From contig JBDRJN010000032.1 of the NCBI GenBank assembly GCA_043814965.1, positions 20,126 through 84,125 of the forward strand: 64,000 nt of DNA, given 5' to 3'. The notes under the pieces are model-generated. The model was not told where the DNA came from. It made no database searches and saw only the letters and a list, made by a program, of their open reading frames with translations. Position numbers and translations under genes: made by a program. The stretch is from Candidatus Omnitrophota bacterium. Lineage in GTDB: Bacteria; Omnitrophota; Gorgyraeia; Gorgyraeales; Gorgyraeaceae. This document shows positions 51,081 to 64,000 of this stretch, piece by piece (position 1 is the first letter of the stretch; each line of letters opens with the position of its first letter).

Positions 51081-53507
51081 CTATTCTTCTTCTGGGACTA
51101 CGCGGGCAACAGTAGCAACAGTATCTCCGGAGTCTAGTTTTATTATGCGGACGCCCTGTGTGCTTCTTCCTGTTGCTCTTATGTCCTTGGCAGAGCATCT
51201 GACTATCATGCCTTTTTCAGTCATCACCATAAGTTCGTCCCTGTCATTTACCATCAAGACCCCTGTGGCTTCTCCGTTTTTCTTTGTAACGCTCACATTC
51301 TTGATCCCTTTGCCTCCTCGAGACTGTATTCTATATTCTTTTATAGAAGTCCTCTTTGCAAAACCCTGCGAAGTAACGGTCAAGACAGTCGCATCAGGCC
51401 TTACTATGTCCATGGCTATGACTTGATCTTTTTTGCCAAGGCTAATGCCCTTTACGCCCTTGGCGCCCCTGCCCATGTCTCTCACCTGTTTTTCTGAAAA
51501 ACGAATAGCCTTTTCATGCGAAGCCATCAATATCTCATGGGTCCCGTCCGTCCATTTGACCTCTATTAGTTCATCGTCTTTCTCGACGGTGATGCCTATG
51601 ATGCCGCCTTTTCTAGGATTGGAATAAGCCATCAAGTTGGTCTTTTTTATAAGGCCTTTTTTAGTTGCCATGACAAGGAAAAGCCCTTCTTTAAATTCTT
51701 TCACCCGTACATAAGAAGATATCTTCTCGCCCTGAGAAAGTTGAAGGAGGTTCACGACTGCTTTTCCTCTTGCTGAACGGCTTACCTGGGGTATTTCATA
51801 GACCTTTAACCAATGCGTTCTCCCTTGGTTTGTAAAAAACAGTATATATTCATGGGTCGAGGCTATAAAAAGATGTTCTACGAAATCCTCGTCTTTCATG
51901 TCGATCCCTGTTACCCCTACCCCGCCTCTTTTCTGTTTCCTGTAAGAACCTACCGGGAGCCGCTTTATATAACCAGAATGGCTTATCGTGATCACCATAT
52001 CCTCTTCTGCTATCAGGCCCTCTATCTCTATCTCTTCAGCTTTAGCGACTATATCCGTCCTTCTCTCATCGCCGTATTTTTTCCTAAGTTCCGCCAGCTC
52101 CTCTTTTATGATATCAAGTACTTTTTTGTCACTCTTAAGGATAGACTTATACAGCTCTATTTTTTTTATTAATTCAAGATATTCTTTATCTATCTTGTCT
52201 CTCTCAAGAGCTGTGAGACGCTGAAGCTGCATCTCTAAAATAGCCTGCGCCTGGGCCTCAGAAAGTCCAAAATCTTCCATTAATCTGGTTTTCGCTATTT
52301 TAGGGTCCTTTGATTCCCTTATTGCCTTTATGATCTTGGTTAAATTGTCTATGGCTATCTTAAGGCCTTCCAATATATGGGCCCTTTTTTCTGCCTTGTC
52401 TAACTCGAACTGAGTACGCCTGCGTACGATCTCGATCCTATGTTTTATATACAGTTCTAAGGCCTCTTTTAGGTTCAATACTTTTGGCTTTAGGTCTACC
52501 AGGGCCAGCATAATAATGCCAAAGGTGGTCTCCATCTGCGTGCGTTTATACAGCTGGTTTAGTATTATCTGGGCATTCTGGTCTCTCTTTAGATCGACAA
52601 CAATCCTCAAACCATCCTTATCGGATTCATCCCTTATATCCGATATACCCTCGAGCTTTTTATCTTGCACAAGGCTTGCCATATTCTCTATAAGTTTTGA
52701 TTTATTGACCTGGTATGGGATCTCTGTGATAACAATGGATTCCTTGCCGCTTTTTTGCTGTTCGATGGAAGCCCTTGCATGGACCTTTAAAAGCCCCCTG
52801 CCTGTTTCATAAGCGCTCTTTATGCCTTCCCTGCCGCAAATAATCCCTCCAGTAGGAAAATCAGGGCCTTTGACTATCTTCATCAGGTCTTTTATGGAGA
52901 CTTCCGGCTCATCTATTATTTTTATAACTGCATCTAATACCTCTGTCAGGTTGTGAGGCGGTATATTTGTGGCCATACCGACAGCTATACCGCTAGAACC
53001 ATTTACAAGAAGACACGGGAGTTTCGCCGGCATTACTGTAGGCTCCTCTAATGTCTCGTCAAAATTAGGCGTAAAATCAACTGTGCCCTTTTCAATATCT
53101 GAAAGCATCTCCGCGGCGATAGCTGACATGCGCGCTTCTGTATATCTCATAGCTGCGGGGGCATCGCCATCCACAGACCCAAAGTTGCCTTGGCCATCGA
53201 TAAGAGGGTACCTTAAAGAAAAATCCTGCACCATTCTTACCATGGAATCATATACTGCCATATCCCCGTGAGGATGGTATTTACCAAGGCATTCTCCAAC
53301 GATCCTTGCTGATTTTTTGTAAGACTTTGTATGTTCCAGCCCAAGCTCTTTCATAGAATATAGTATTCTTCTATGGACTGGTTTAAGGCCGTCTCTCACG
53401 TCGGGCAGAGCCCTTCCTACTATTACGCTCATAGCGTAAGTTATGTAGGATTTTTTCATTTCATCTTCTATATATACTGGTATGAGTTTTTCGTTCTGCG
53501 CGTACAT
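51081..53507 (-). CDS. gyrA: DNA gyrase subunit A
   Basis: 'DGLKPVHRR', 'YHPHGD', 'AAMRYTE', GyrA box 'QKRGGVG'. Confidence 0.99.
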   Translation of the reverse strand: MYAQNEKLIPVYIEDEMKKSYITYAMSVIVGRALPDVRDGLKPVHRRILYSMKELGLEHTKSYKKSARIVGECLGKYHPHGDMAVYDSMVRMVQDFSLRYPLIDGQGNFGSVDGDAPAAMRYTEARMSAIAAEMLSDIEKGTVDFTPNFDETLEEPTVMPAKLPCLLVNGSSGIAVGMATNIPPHNLTEVLDAVIKIIDEPEVSIKDLMKIVKGPDFPTGGIICGREGIKSAYETGRGLLKVHARASIEQQKSGKESIVITEIPYQVNKSKLIENMASLVQDKKLEGISDIRDESDKDGLRIVVDLKRDQNAQIILNQLYKRTQMETTFGIIMLALVDLKPKVLNLKEALELYIKHRIEIVRRRTQFELDKAEKRAHILEGLKIAIDNLTKIIKAIRESKDPKIAKTRLMEDFGLSEAQAQAILEMQLQRLTALERDKIDKEYLELIKKIELYKSILKSDKKVLDIIKEELAELRKKYGDERRTDIVAKAEEIEIEGLIAEEDMVITISHSGYIKRLPVGSYRKQKRGGVGVTGIDMKDEDFVEHLFIASTHEYILFFTNQGRTHWLKVYEIPQVSRSARGKAVVNLLQLSQGEKISSYVRVKEFKEGLFLVMATKKGLIKKTNLMAYSNPRKGGIIGITVEKDDELIEVKWTDGTHEILMASHEKAIRFSEKQVRDMGRGAKGVKGISLGKKDQVIAMDIVRPDATVLTVTSQGFAKRTSIKEYRIQSRGGKGIKNVSVTKKNGEATGVLMVNDRDELMVMTEKGMIVRCSAKDIRATGRSTQGVRIIKLDSGDTVATVARVVPEEE

Positions 53508-53509
53508 AG

Positions 53510-56234
<2,725 letters not shown>

Positions 56235-56238
<4 letters not shown>

Positions 56239-57326
56239 GCAAGCTGCATAGGAAGCACTAGATACACGTACCAGTCCTCTATCCTTATAACAGCTGGTTT
56301 GTCCGGCCCTAATAACTCTATCTCTATCTCGTCTTTTGGTATTACCTTTAATATATCTATAAGATAGGCCGGGTTAAAACCCACCACAACATCGTGTCCT
56401 TTATAATTAGCTGCAAGTTCTTCTTTTACTTCTCCTATGTTTGGGCTTGATTTTGAGATTATGATCTTGTTTTTTAATATTTCGATCTTTATTGACCTCG
56501 AGTCCTGTGTTGTCAAAAGCGACGCCCTTCTTACGCTCGAGAGAAACTCTTCCCTTTGTATTAAGATCTTCTCTTTTGCTTCTTTGGGGATCACCTGTTC
56601 GTAGTTCGGGAAATCCCCTTCTATAAGCCTCGAGATGATCGTAATGTTGTTTAGTTCGAACCTGGCCTGGTTTTCTCCCAGCGTTATTTTCACATCCCCG
56701 TCGTCTTCTAAGACCCTGGTCAATTCATATATCGTTTTGGATGGGACTATTATAGATTTATTCAAAACCCCTTCTTTTAGGTCTTTTTTGATAAAGCTTA
56801 GCCTCTTTCCATCGGTGGTAACTATGCTGAGTTTATTATCATTAAATAAGAACAACGCGCCGTTCAAGACATATCTGGTCTCATCATGCGAAATCGAAAA
56901 ATGCACCATATTAAGCATTGTCTTTAGTATGTTTTGGTCTAGTATAATATTTTTCTCGTCTTTAAATTCTGGTAATCTAGGAAAATCTTCTTTTGGTAGG
57001 CCTAATAGCTTAAAATGGCATTTACTGCATTTTATTATAATAGAATTGTTTTTCATGGTACTTATGGATATGTCTTCGTTTGGTAATTCTTTTATAATAT
57101 CATTGAACCTCTTTGCTGGTATTGTAATAGCCCCCTCTTCCTCTACTTCCGCGGTTAGTGTGGATATAATACCTATATCTAAATCCGTGCTAGTAAGTCT
57201 TATCTGGTCATCTTTTGCTTCTATTAAAATATTTGATAGTACAGGTAAACTGCTTTTAGCAGATATCACGTTCTGGACATGTTGTATGTTTTTTATAAGA
57301 TCGTTCTTTAAGGCTTTTATTTTCAC
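56235..57326 (-). CDS. dnaN: DNA polymerase III beta clamp
   Basis: 'LPVLSNILI', 'TDGKRL', 'LIEGDFPNYEQVIP', 'LVLPM'. Confidence 0.99.
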
Positions 57327-57329
57327 AGT

Positions 57330-57480
57330 ATCCCCCGATAGTCTTTTATTATCTTTTATATTGAAAGGTAGTCTTAATAGTACTAAATAATGTTGATATG
57401 TTGATAACTACCAAACCAATCCCTATCATTATAGTTAGGAATTAAATTTAGTCCACAAAAAAATATAATTTATTAACAAT
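57330..57480. other. Candidate oriC unwinding region (dnaA-dnaN intergenic)
   Basis: Minus strand TTATCAACA-TATCAACA tandem DnaA-box-like sites (57391-57407) followed by trio-like TACTATTAAGACTAC; AT-rich; the coding strand switches just upstream of dnaA. Confidence 0.7.
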
Positions 57481-57481
57481 A

Positions 57482-58819
57482 CTAACTATTTATCTCCAAC
57501 ATAAGCCGGTTTATAAAGTTCTTAACATTTTGATTCTTCTTTAAATCCTTCTGGATCTTATCACATGCGTGTATTACTGTAGAGTGGTCCCTTCCCCCAA
57601 AGCGCTCTCCTATATCCGGCAAGGTCATGTTGGTCAACTCTCTGGAGAGATACATGGCTACTTGTCTTGGGTAGACAACCTGCTTGTTCCTTTTTTTTGT
57701 CTTCATGTCAGATATTTTTATATCAAAATAACCCGCTACTTTTTTTTGTATAAGCTCAACGGATATTTTTTTATCTTTTTCTAAAAAGGCGTCTTTCAAG
57801 ATATCTTTGGTCAGCTCGAGGGTTATTTTTTTATTTTCTAACGATGAGTAAGCTATTACTTTTACAAGGGCCCCTTCCAGCTCACGGATATTGGTCTTTA
57901 TTGTTTCTGCTATAAGATACAAGACGTCCGTTGGAAGGTTCATAGCGTTTTTCTCGGCCTTCTTTTTTAAAATAGCTATACGTGTTTCCAGGTCCGGCGG
58001 CTGTACGTCAGTGACAAGCCCCCACTCGAACCTGGACACAAGCCTTTCTTCCAGGCCTGGTATTGTCTTTGGCGAGCGGTCGCTTGAAAGGACTATTTGT
58101 TTATGAGCGTCGTATAAGGCATTGAAAGTGTGGAAAAACTCTTCCTGAGTGGATTCTTTCCCAGCTATAAAATGCACATCATCTATTAGTAGCACATCGA
58201 CATGCCTGTATTTTTCTCTGAAACTGGAAGTAGACCTGTTTTTTATGGAATTTATAAGTTCATTTGTAAAACTTTCGCTGGAGGTGTAAAAGGTCTTAAG
58301 GTTTTTATGCATCTCTGATACATAATGACAAGCAGCCTGCATCAGATGGGTCTTGCCAAGCCCTACACCACCGTATATAAATAATGGATTATATGCCTTT
58401 GCAGGCGACTCGGCTATTGCCATAGTAGCGGCATGCGCGAATCTGTTGGAAGAACCGACAACAAAGCCCTCGAAGGTATAGCTGGGGTTGAGGTAAAATG
58501 GTTTTTTTTGCGCAGGTTGTTGCGAGGGTTGTATTATTTTGTCAGGAGAGCTATCTGCCAAACCAGACTGCGCCTTTACCTCGAATTGCAAAGACAAAGT
58601 CTTGCCTATGGTCTTTAAAATAGCTATATTTAAAGCATCTCTGTAGTGGTCATATATCCAATCCTTGAAGAAATTCGAGGGTACCTGTATAGATATGCTG
58701 TCATCAGATATCGAAACAAGGCGTGTCTGGATAAACCAGTTTTCAAAAGCCCTGTCCCCTATCTCTTCTTTTGTGTAAGCGAGGATTTTGTTCCATATGT
58801 TAGACAAGTCTGTAGTCAT
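57482..58819 (-). CDS. dnaA: Chromosomal replication initiator
   Basis: 'YNPLFIYGGVGLGKTHL', 'QEEFFHTFN', 'FGGRDHSTVIHA'. Confidence 0.99.
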   Translation of the reverse strand: MTTDLSNIWNKILAYTKEEIGDRAFENWFIQTRLVSISDDSISIQVPSNFFKDWIYDHYRDALNIAILKTIGKTLSLQFEVKAQSGLADSSPDKIIQPSQQPAQKKPFYLNPSYTFEGFVVGSSNRFAHAATMAIAESPAKAYNPLFIYGGVGLGKTHLMQAACHYVSEMHKNLKTFYTSSESFTNELINSIKNRSTSSFREKYRHVDVLLIDDVHFIAGKESTQEEFFHTFNALYDAHKQIVLSSDRSPKTIPGLEERLVSRFEWGLVTDVQPPDLETRIAILKKKAEKNAMNLPTDVLYLIAETIKTNIRELEGALVKVIAYSSLENKKITLELTKDILKDAFLEKDKKISVELIQKKVAGYFDIKISDMKTKKRNKQVVYPRQVAMYLSRELTNMTLPDIGERFGGRDHSTVIHACDKIQKDLKKNQNVKNFINRLMLEINS

Positions 58820-58829
58820 AGGTCAGAAC

Positions 58830-58858
58830 ATTATAACAAGGACCAATTTCATTTTCAA
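58830..58858 (-). promoter_or_regulatory. dnaA promoter TTGAAA-17-TATAAT
   Basis: Reverse complement of 58830-58858; -10 ends only 10 nt from the ATG. Confidence 0.7.
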
Positions 58859-58871
58859 GCAAAATTTTCTC

Positions 58872-58899
58872 TTGACGATAAAATGCAATGTGTTATAAT
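58872..58899 (+). promoter_or_regulatory. rpmH promoter TTGACG-16-TATAAT with extended -10
   Basis: ttgacg ataaaatgcaatgtgt tataat. Confidence 0.7.
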
Positions 58900-58924
58900 A
58901 GCTCCCTTACAAGGAGAGATAATC

Positions 58925-59062
58925 GTGAAGAAAAATCTTACCCGAAAAAGCAATTTAAAGCGTAAACGCAAACATGGTTTTAGGCGTAGAATGCGTAGCG
59001 CCAAGGGGCGTAACATCTTGAAGCGCAGACGAAGAAAAGGCAAGGCTAGGCTTACTGTTTGA
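58925..59062 (+). CDS. rpmH: 50S ribosomal protein L34
   Basis: AGGAG then GTG; 'KRKRKHGFRRRMRS..GRNILKRRRRKGKARLTV'. Confidence 0.97.
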   Translation: MKKNLTRKSNLKRKRKHGFRRRMRSAKGRNILKRRRRKGKARLTV

Positions 59063-59439
59063 TGAAACGCAACGCCTTTGCCAAAAAAGAGCGCCTAAAA
59101 AAATATGACCAAATCAAAGAGATCTTCCGCCGAGGCATCCCATTTAAAGGCAAGTTTTTAAAGGCATATTTCCTGGAAAGAGAAAAAGAGTTTTCCGGAA
59201 ACAGGGTTGCTTTTTTGGTCGGAAAACATTTATATAATAAAAAAGCAGTTTTAAGGAATCAGTACAGGCGGATCTTACGAGAGGCCTACAGGAACACAAA
59301 ACACAGCTTGGATGGTTCTTTTGATATAGTGCTCACAGCTGGTAGTATATCAAAAAATACGACCCTAGAAGCCATCAAGGGGGATCTTGAGAATGTCTTT
59401 AAAAGGTGTAATAAAAAATATAATAAGATTTTATCATAA
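59062..59439 (+). CDS. rnpA: RNase P protein component
   Basis: 'KERLKK', 'KAVLRNQYRRILREAYR'; follows rpmH. Confidence 0.93.
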   Translation: MKRNAFAKKERLKKYDQIKEIFRRGIPFKGKFLKAYFLEREKEFSGNRVAFLVGKHLYNKKAVLRNQYRRILREAYRNTKHSLDGSFDIVLTAGSISKNTTLEAIKGDLENVFKRCNKKYNKILS

Positions 59440-59611
59440 CTATTTATCCAGCTTTATGTTATGTAAATGTAGGTATTACCCTACATGCTCCAGTTATACT
59501 ATAGAAGCAATAGAAGATAAAGGCGTTGTTGTAGGGTTGGCCAAGGGGTTTTTAAGGATATTGCGTTGCAATCCTTTTTGCCATGGAGGTTATGACCCTT
59601 ATAAAAAGTAA
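59393..59611 (+). CDS. yidD: Membrane protein insertion efficiency factor
   Basis: 'CRYYPTCSSY', 'RILRCNPF..GGYDP'. Confidence 0.95.
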   Translation: MSLKGVIKNIIRFYHNYLSSFMLCKCRYYPTCSSYTIEAIEDKGVVVGLAKGFLRILRCNPFCHGGYDPYKK

Positions 59612-59629
59612 AGTAAAGAAAGGGAGATA

Positions 59630-61213
59630 ATGGAAAAAAGACTTATTACAGCTGTAGTATTGTCTATGGTAGTATTGCTTTTATATCCGGCTATTGTAGC
59701 AAAATTTAACCCTTCAATAGCAACCAGCGATAAAGGCATGTTATCACAATTACCTGAAAATAGAGATGTTATAGACAAACCTACGATGATAGATAGTGTG
59801 ATACAAGAAGAGGCGGCCACAGCAAGCGCCGCATCAAATATATTTAATTTTAATAATGATAGATATGTCATAAATATATCAGATCTTGGCGGTGGGATAC
59901 GAGATATAGAGATACAGGATGGAATAAGGCCGGACACAAGATTAGTAGAGAATGCATTATATGGATCCAGCATTCTGTCAATGGAAGGCAAGGGGGCCCT
60001 GCAGGGTATATCATCACAACTATTTGATATAGAAGAAGCTGCAAAAAAAATTAGTACAGATATTAATGGCCTTACAGTTAAAAAATCTTTTGTGTTTTTG
60101 AAGGATAAGTATGCTATATCAGCGTCGATAAATATTAAAAACAATTCTGATACAAAAAAGTTTTATGCGTTTAGCCTTGTGACAGCTTCCAATATCTCCA
60201 ACAAAGATAAGTTTGAATCAAGGTATTTAGAGGCAGATGTATTATATAGCGATGGAAGATTTAAAAAAATAGGAGGCCCTAACTTTAAAGATAGTAATAT
60301 GTTAGAACAAAACAACATCACCTGGATCGCTTTAAAAAATAAATATTACTCAATAATAGCTGCGCCTGACTTTGATGTAAAAAGCGTTTTTACTAGAAGC
60401 AAAAACAAATTACCTGTAATTGGTCTTAATGTAGAAGATGAAACATTGCTGCCAGGAGAAAAAAAGACATATAATGTGTTGTTCTATATAGGGCCTACAG
60501 ACATAGAGGAACTAGAAAAAGTAGACTCATCTTTTGGCAAGGCTTTAAATTTTGGGATATTTACCAGCATAGGTCTTGTTCTTTTGAGTGTACTCAAGTT
60601 TTTCTACGGAATATTTAATAATTATGGCATTGCGATACTGCTTTTGACGTTTTGTGTGAGCATGCTGCTCTTTCCGCTTTCATTCAAAAGCATGCAATCA
60701 ATGAAAAATATGCAGGCATTACAGCCTCAAATGGAAAAACTCAGAAAAGACTATAAAGACAACCCGCAGAAGTTAAACAAAGAAATGATGGAGCTTTATC
60801 GTCGGCATAAGGTAAATCCAATGGGTGGATGTTTCCCGATGCTTTTACAGATGCCTATATTCATCTCTTTATATCAGACCTTGATGAGATCTGTTGAATT
60901 AAAAGGCGCTAGCTTTTTATGGATAAAGGACTTATCAATGCCAGATAGGGCATTTACTCTTCCTACGACATTGCCTTTTCTGGGAGATGCAATAAATTTG
61001 TTGCCAATTTTAATGATAGGTGCTATGATAATACAACAAAAGCTTTCTCAAGGCAAAGCTGCTCAGACCGAACAACAAAAGATGATGACATCGATAATGC
61101 CTGTGATGTTTGGCTTTATTTTTTATTCATTACCGTCGGGGCTGGTACTTTATTGGCTGACAAATACTCTAATCACAAGCTCTATGCAGTATATGTTGCT
61201 TAGAAAATCCTAA
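59630..61213 (+). CDS. yidC: Membrane protein insertase YidC
   Basis: 'NYGIAILL', 'VNPMGGCFPMLLQMPIF', 'PSGLVLYW'. Confidence 0.98.
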   Translation: MEKRLITAVVLSMVVLLLYPAIVAKFNPSIATSDKGMLSQLPENRDVIDKPTMIDSVIQEEAATASAASNIFNFNNDRYVINISDLGGGIRDIEIQDGIRPDTRLVENALYGSSILSMEGKGALQGISSQLFDIEEAAKKISTDINGLTVKKSFVFLKDKYAISASINIKNNSDTKKFYAFSLVTASNISNKDKFESRYLEADVLYSDGRFKKIGGPNFKDSNMLEQNNITWIALKNKYYSIIAAPDFDVKSVFTRSKNKLPVIGLNVEDETLLPGEKKTYNVLFYIGPTDIEELEKVDSSFGKALNFGIFTSIGLVLLSVLKFFYGIFNNYGIAILLLTFCVSMLLFPLSFKSMQSMKNMQALQPQMEKLRKDYKDNPQKLNKEMMELYRRHKVNPMGGCFPMLLQMPIFISLYQTLMRSVELKGASFLWIKDLSMPDRAFTLPTTLPFLGDAINLLPILMIGAMIIQQKLSQGKAAQTEQQKMMTSIMPVMFGFIFYSLPSGLVLYWLTNTLITSSMQYMLLRKS

Positions 61214-61222
61214 GAGGTCTTT

Positions 61223-61444
61223 ATGACAAAAGATAGTAAGATTTATATAAAAAAAGACTCGGAAGAAGTTGAGGTAGAGGCAAAAACAGCCCAGGAAGCT
61301 ATCAGAATAGCTCTTGATAGGTTAGGTACTACACAGGAAGATGTTGATATAAGGGTCTTGAGAGAAGAATATAAAGGTTTGTTTAGTATGCAAGGTTCTA
61401 AATTAGCCAAGGTTAATGTTAAAAAGAAGTTACATAAAAATTGA
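61223..61444 (+). CDS. Stand-alone Jag N-terminal domain protein
   Basis: 'EVEAKTAQEAIRIALDRLG...VLREEYKGLF..GSKLAKVNV'; no KH or R3H domain follows. Confidence 0.8.
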   Translation: MTKDSKIYIKKDSEEVEVEAKTAQEAIRIALDRLGTTQEDVDIRVLREEYKGLFSMQGSKLAKVNVKKKLHKN

Positions 61445-61465
61445 TACGGTTATAATACAGCATTT

Positions 61466-62275
61466 ATGGGCAAAATAATAGCTATTTGTAATCAAAAAGG
61501 TGGAGTAGGAAAAACAACAACCACTATAAATTTAGGCTACTATCTAGCATACAGAGATAAGAAAGTATTATTAGTAGATTTTGATCCTCAGGCAAACGCA
61601 ACAAGTGGTTTGGGCGTAAGTAAAACAGGCCTAACTCATAATATCTATGATGTATTGATCAATAATGTAAATATCAAAGATATCTTACAAGAAGTGTTCA
61701 TGCCTAATTTAAAGATAGCTCCTTCGAATATTGATCTTACTGGGGCAGAGATAGAGTTGATCAGTTTGATGAATAGAGAATATAGGCTTAAAAATGCATT
61801 AAAAGGCCTAGAAGAAGAATACGATTTTATACTTATAGATTCCCCACCTTCTTTAGGATTATTGACAATAAACGCACTCGCAGCTAGTAATTCAGTCCTT
61901 ATACCAATACAGTGTGAATATTATGCGCTCGAAGGCCTAAGCCAGTTACTTAATACAGTCAATATTGTAAAAGAAAACCTAAACCAAGAACTTGAAGTCG
62001 AGGGGGTTTTACTCACAATGGCTGACTATAGAACTAATTTAACATTAGAGGTGATTAAAGAAGCAAGAGGGTATTTTAAAGAAAAAGTTTTTAATACAAC
62101 TATTCCAAGAAGCATTAGGCTAAGCGAAGCACCTGGTTTTGGAAAACCAATACATCTCTATGACAAGAATTCAAGCGGTGCAAAAACATATCTTTCTCTT
62201 GCAATGGAGGTATTGGGTGAAAACATACAGGAAGGAGCAGAAGAATGGAAAAAAGAGTTCTCGGAAGAGGTTTAG
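61466..62275 (+). CDS. parA: Chromosome partitioning ATPase ParA/Soj
   Basis: 'NQKGGVGKTTT', 'DFDPQANAT', 'IDSPPSLG', 'QCEYYALEG'. Confidence 0.98.
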   Translation: MGKIIAICNQKGGVGKTTTTINLGYYLAYRDKKVLLVDFDPQANATSGLGVSKTGLTHNIYDVLINNVNIKDILQEVFMPNLKIAPSNIDLTGAEIELISLMNREYRLKNALKGLEEEYDFILIDSPPSLGLLTINALAASNSVLIPIQCEYYALEGLSQLLNTVNIVKENLNQELEVEGVLLTMADYRTNLTLEVIKEARGYFKEKVFNTTIPRSIRLSEAPGFGKPIHLYDKNSSGAKTYLSLAMEVLGENIQEGAEEWKKEFSEEV

Positions 62276-63111
62276 GAGCTTTAATTCCTGAAAGATCATC
62301 CATAGATAAGGAAAGGATCTTGGAATCAAAAATCAACCAAGGCATAGCCAATGTCCCTATTGATAAGATCAAGGCTAATAAATATCAGCCAAGGGGAGAG
62401 TTCGATAAAAAGGCATTAGAAGACCTGGCTAACTCTATAAGAGAAAAAGGCGTAATACAGCCTGTATTGATAAGGGCAAAACAAGATGAATATGAGCTTA
62501 TAGCTGGCGAACGCAGGTTTAGGGCAGCTCAGATCCTTAACCTAAAAGAAATCCCTGCTATAATAAAAGATGTATCAGATTTAGACTCTTTTGAGATATC
62601 AATAATAGAAAATGTCCAAAGAGAAGATTTAAACCCTATTGACCAGGCAAAGGCATATAAAAGGCTTGTGGATGAATTTAGCATGACACAAGAAAAGATA
62701 GCAGATACTATTGGTAAAGATAGAGCTACTGTTGCCAATATACTAAGATTGCTAAAGCTACCACAGAAGATACAGGAATATGTTTCACGTGGAACAATTT
62801 CAATGGGACATGCAAGAGCAATATTAGGCTTGTCAGACCCAAAAGAACAAATGAGGCTTTGTACAAAACTTGTCAAAAATGATCTATCTGTAAGAGATGC
62901 AGAGAGATACGCGAAAAAACTAGGAGTTTCTACAGTAAAAAAACAATCCAGCGTAGATCCGAATCTAGTATCTTTAGAAGAGCACCTGAGAGAAGTCTTG
63001 GGAACAAAAGTAAAGATATTGAGATCTAAAAAAGGTGGTAAAATAGAAATAGAATTTTATTCTGACTCAGAACTAGAAAAAATCATAAGTCTTTTAAAAT
63101 CAAATAGATAG
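62245..63111 (+). CDS. parB: Chromosome partitioning protein ParB/Spo0J
   Basis: 'LGRGLGALI', 'YQPR', 'AGERRFRA', 'ENVQREDLNP'. Confidence 0.98.
   Translation: MEKRVLGRGLGALIPERSSIDKERILESKINQGIANVPIDKIKANKYQPRGEFDKKALEDLANSIREKGVIQPVLIRAKQDEYELIAGERRFRAAQILNLKEIPAIIKDVSDLDSFEISIIENVQREDLNPIDQAKAYKRLVDEFSMTQEKIADTIGKDRATVANILRLLKLPQKIQEYVSRGTISMGHARAILGLSDPKEQMRLCTKLVKNDLSVRDAERYAKKLGVSTVKKQSSVDPNLVSLEEHLREVLGTKVKILRSKKGGKIEIEFYSDSELEKIISLLKSNR
62781..62796. promoter_or_regulatory. parS centromere-like site inside parB
   Basis: TGTTTCACGTGGAACA, one mismatch to the palindrome TGTTTCACGTGAAACA. Confidence 0.88.
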
Positions 63112-63132
63112 GATTTTGGAGGGTAATGCAAT

Positions 63133-63636
63133 ATGTCTCAGCAAACATTAGTGCTTATTAAGCCAGACGGACTTAAAAAGTCTTTAACAGGCAATATCCT
63201 TACCAGGTTGTCTGAAACAAAGCTTGAAATAGTTGCAGCTAAAATAGTTAGGGTAAGTAAGGAGCTTGCGGAAGAGCATTATAAACACCTAAAACAGGAA
63301 AAGTTTTTCAAAGAGCTTATTAGCTATATACAAGGTGAATACCATGATAGACGTAAAGTTATGGCGATGGTCTATTGGGGAGATGACGCAATTGATAAAG
63401 TAAGGCAGCTTGCAGGAGCTACTAACCCAGAAGAGGCAGACTCTACTTCTATAAGAGGTGCTTTTGGCAGGATCACCACAAGAGGTGTATATGAGAATGT
63501 ATTACATGCCTCAGCAAACGAAAAAGATGCTGAACGGGAAATAAAGCTTTGGTTTGAACCAGGCGAAATCATAGTCGATCTATATCCTACCAAAGAAGCA
63601 GGCGCTACCAGTACGAAGAAACGTACGTGGCTATAA
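63133..63636 (+). CDS. ndk: Nucleoside-diphosphate kinase
   Basis: 'TLVLIKPDG', 'GATNP', 'SIRGAFG', 'NVLHAS'. Confidence 0.96.
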   Translation: MSQQTLVLIKPDGLKKSLTGNILTRLSETKLEIVAAKIVRVSKELAEEHYKHLKQEKFFKELISYIQGEYHDRRKVMAMVYWGDDAIDKVRQLAGATNPEEADSTSIRGAFGRITTRGVYENVLHASANEKDAEREIKLWFEPGEIIVDLYPTKEAGATSTKKRTWL

Positions 63637-63662
63637 CAAGATATAAACGTTCAAGGTGTTTT

Positions 63663-64000
63663 ATGATCAAAAGCATGACAGGTTTTGGAAAAGGAGAGGA
63701 AACAAGCAGGCTGGGCAGTTTTACAGTAGAAATACGCACAGTAAACCATAGATATTTTGATCTATCTACCAGGATACCAGCTAGTTTTAGTCAATTGGAG
63801 GAGCACCTCAAGGCATACATCCATTCTTTTGTCAAGAGAGGTAAGGTGAATTGTTCTGTGTCTATCAAGAAGAACGGGAAGGATTTTGATTTTGTAAGAC
63901 TTGACGAAAAGGCAATGAAGAATTATTACAAGATCCTGTTAAACATGAAGAATAAGTTAAAGCTAAAGGACGATATCAAGCTTTCTCACATTTTATCTTT
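63663..64000 (+). CDS. YicC/YloC-family protein (partial)
   Basis: Manual translation MIKSMTGFGKGE...VEIRTVNHRYFDL...RGKV; runs off the window. Confidence 0.9.
   Translation, partial: MIKSMTGFGKGEETSRLGSFTVEIRTVNHRYFDLSTRIPASFSQLEEHLKAYIHSFVKRGKVNCSVSIKKNGKDFDFVRLDEKAMKNYYKILLNMKNKLKLKDDIKLSHILS

Noticed and set aside
58646-59062. 138-aa ORF overlapping dnaA
   Set aside because: Only the last 45 codons (rpmH, GTG 58925 with SD) are credible

Overview
AT-rich bacterial chromosome segment spanning the replication origin: genes from position 1 up to dnaA lie on the minus strand, and rpmH-rnpA-yidD-yidC-jagN-parA-parB-ndk-yicC lie on the plus strand. The organism is diderm (bamA, skp, lpx genes); the LpxC-FabZ fusion, Zn-ribbon SpoVG and gene order suggest a PVC-related lineage such as Omnitrophota (inference only). 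Most of the window is housekeeping. The notable part is a ~28 kb nitrogen cluster (3.7-31.3 kb) with two glutamine synthetases, two Amt-PII pairs, a putative porin, GltBD, CarAB, PurF, PyrG, a PEP-synthase-like protein, an orphan NtrC/Fis-type HTH, a GAF-ANTAR protein and a small alternative sigma factor. The intergenic DNA suggests a two-layer circuit. The sigma gene has a housekeeping promoter (TTGACA-17-TAAACT) followed by ANTAR-type hairpins overlapping two tandem terminators. Three nitrogen operons share a non-sigma70, non-sigma54 promoter-like motif (GTTACCAA-N15-ACTTRTATA), each followed by an ANTAR-type dual hairpin and terminator. This implies an ANTAR -> sigma -> nitrogen-gene feed-forward loop, which is inferred and untested. 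Also found: two tRNAs, small ORFs missing from the ORF track (including a bS22/mS38-like protein), a candidate oriC unwinding element and a parS site.
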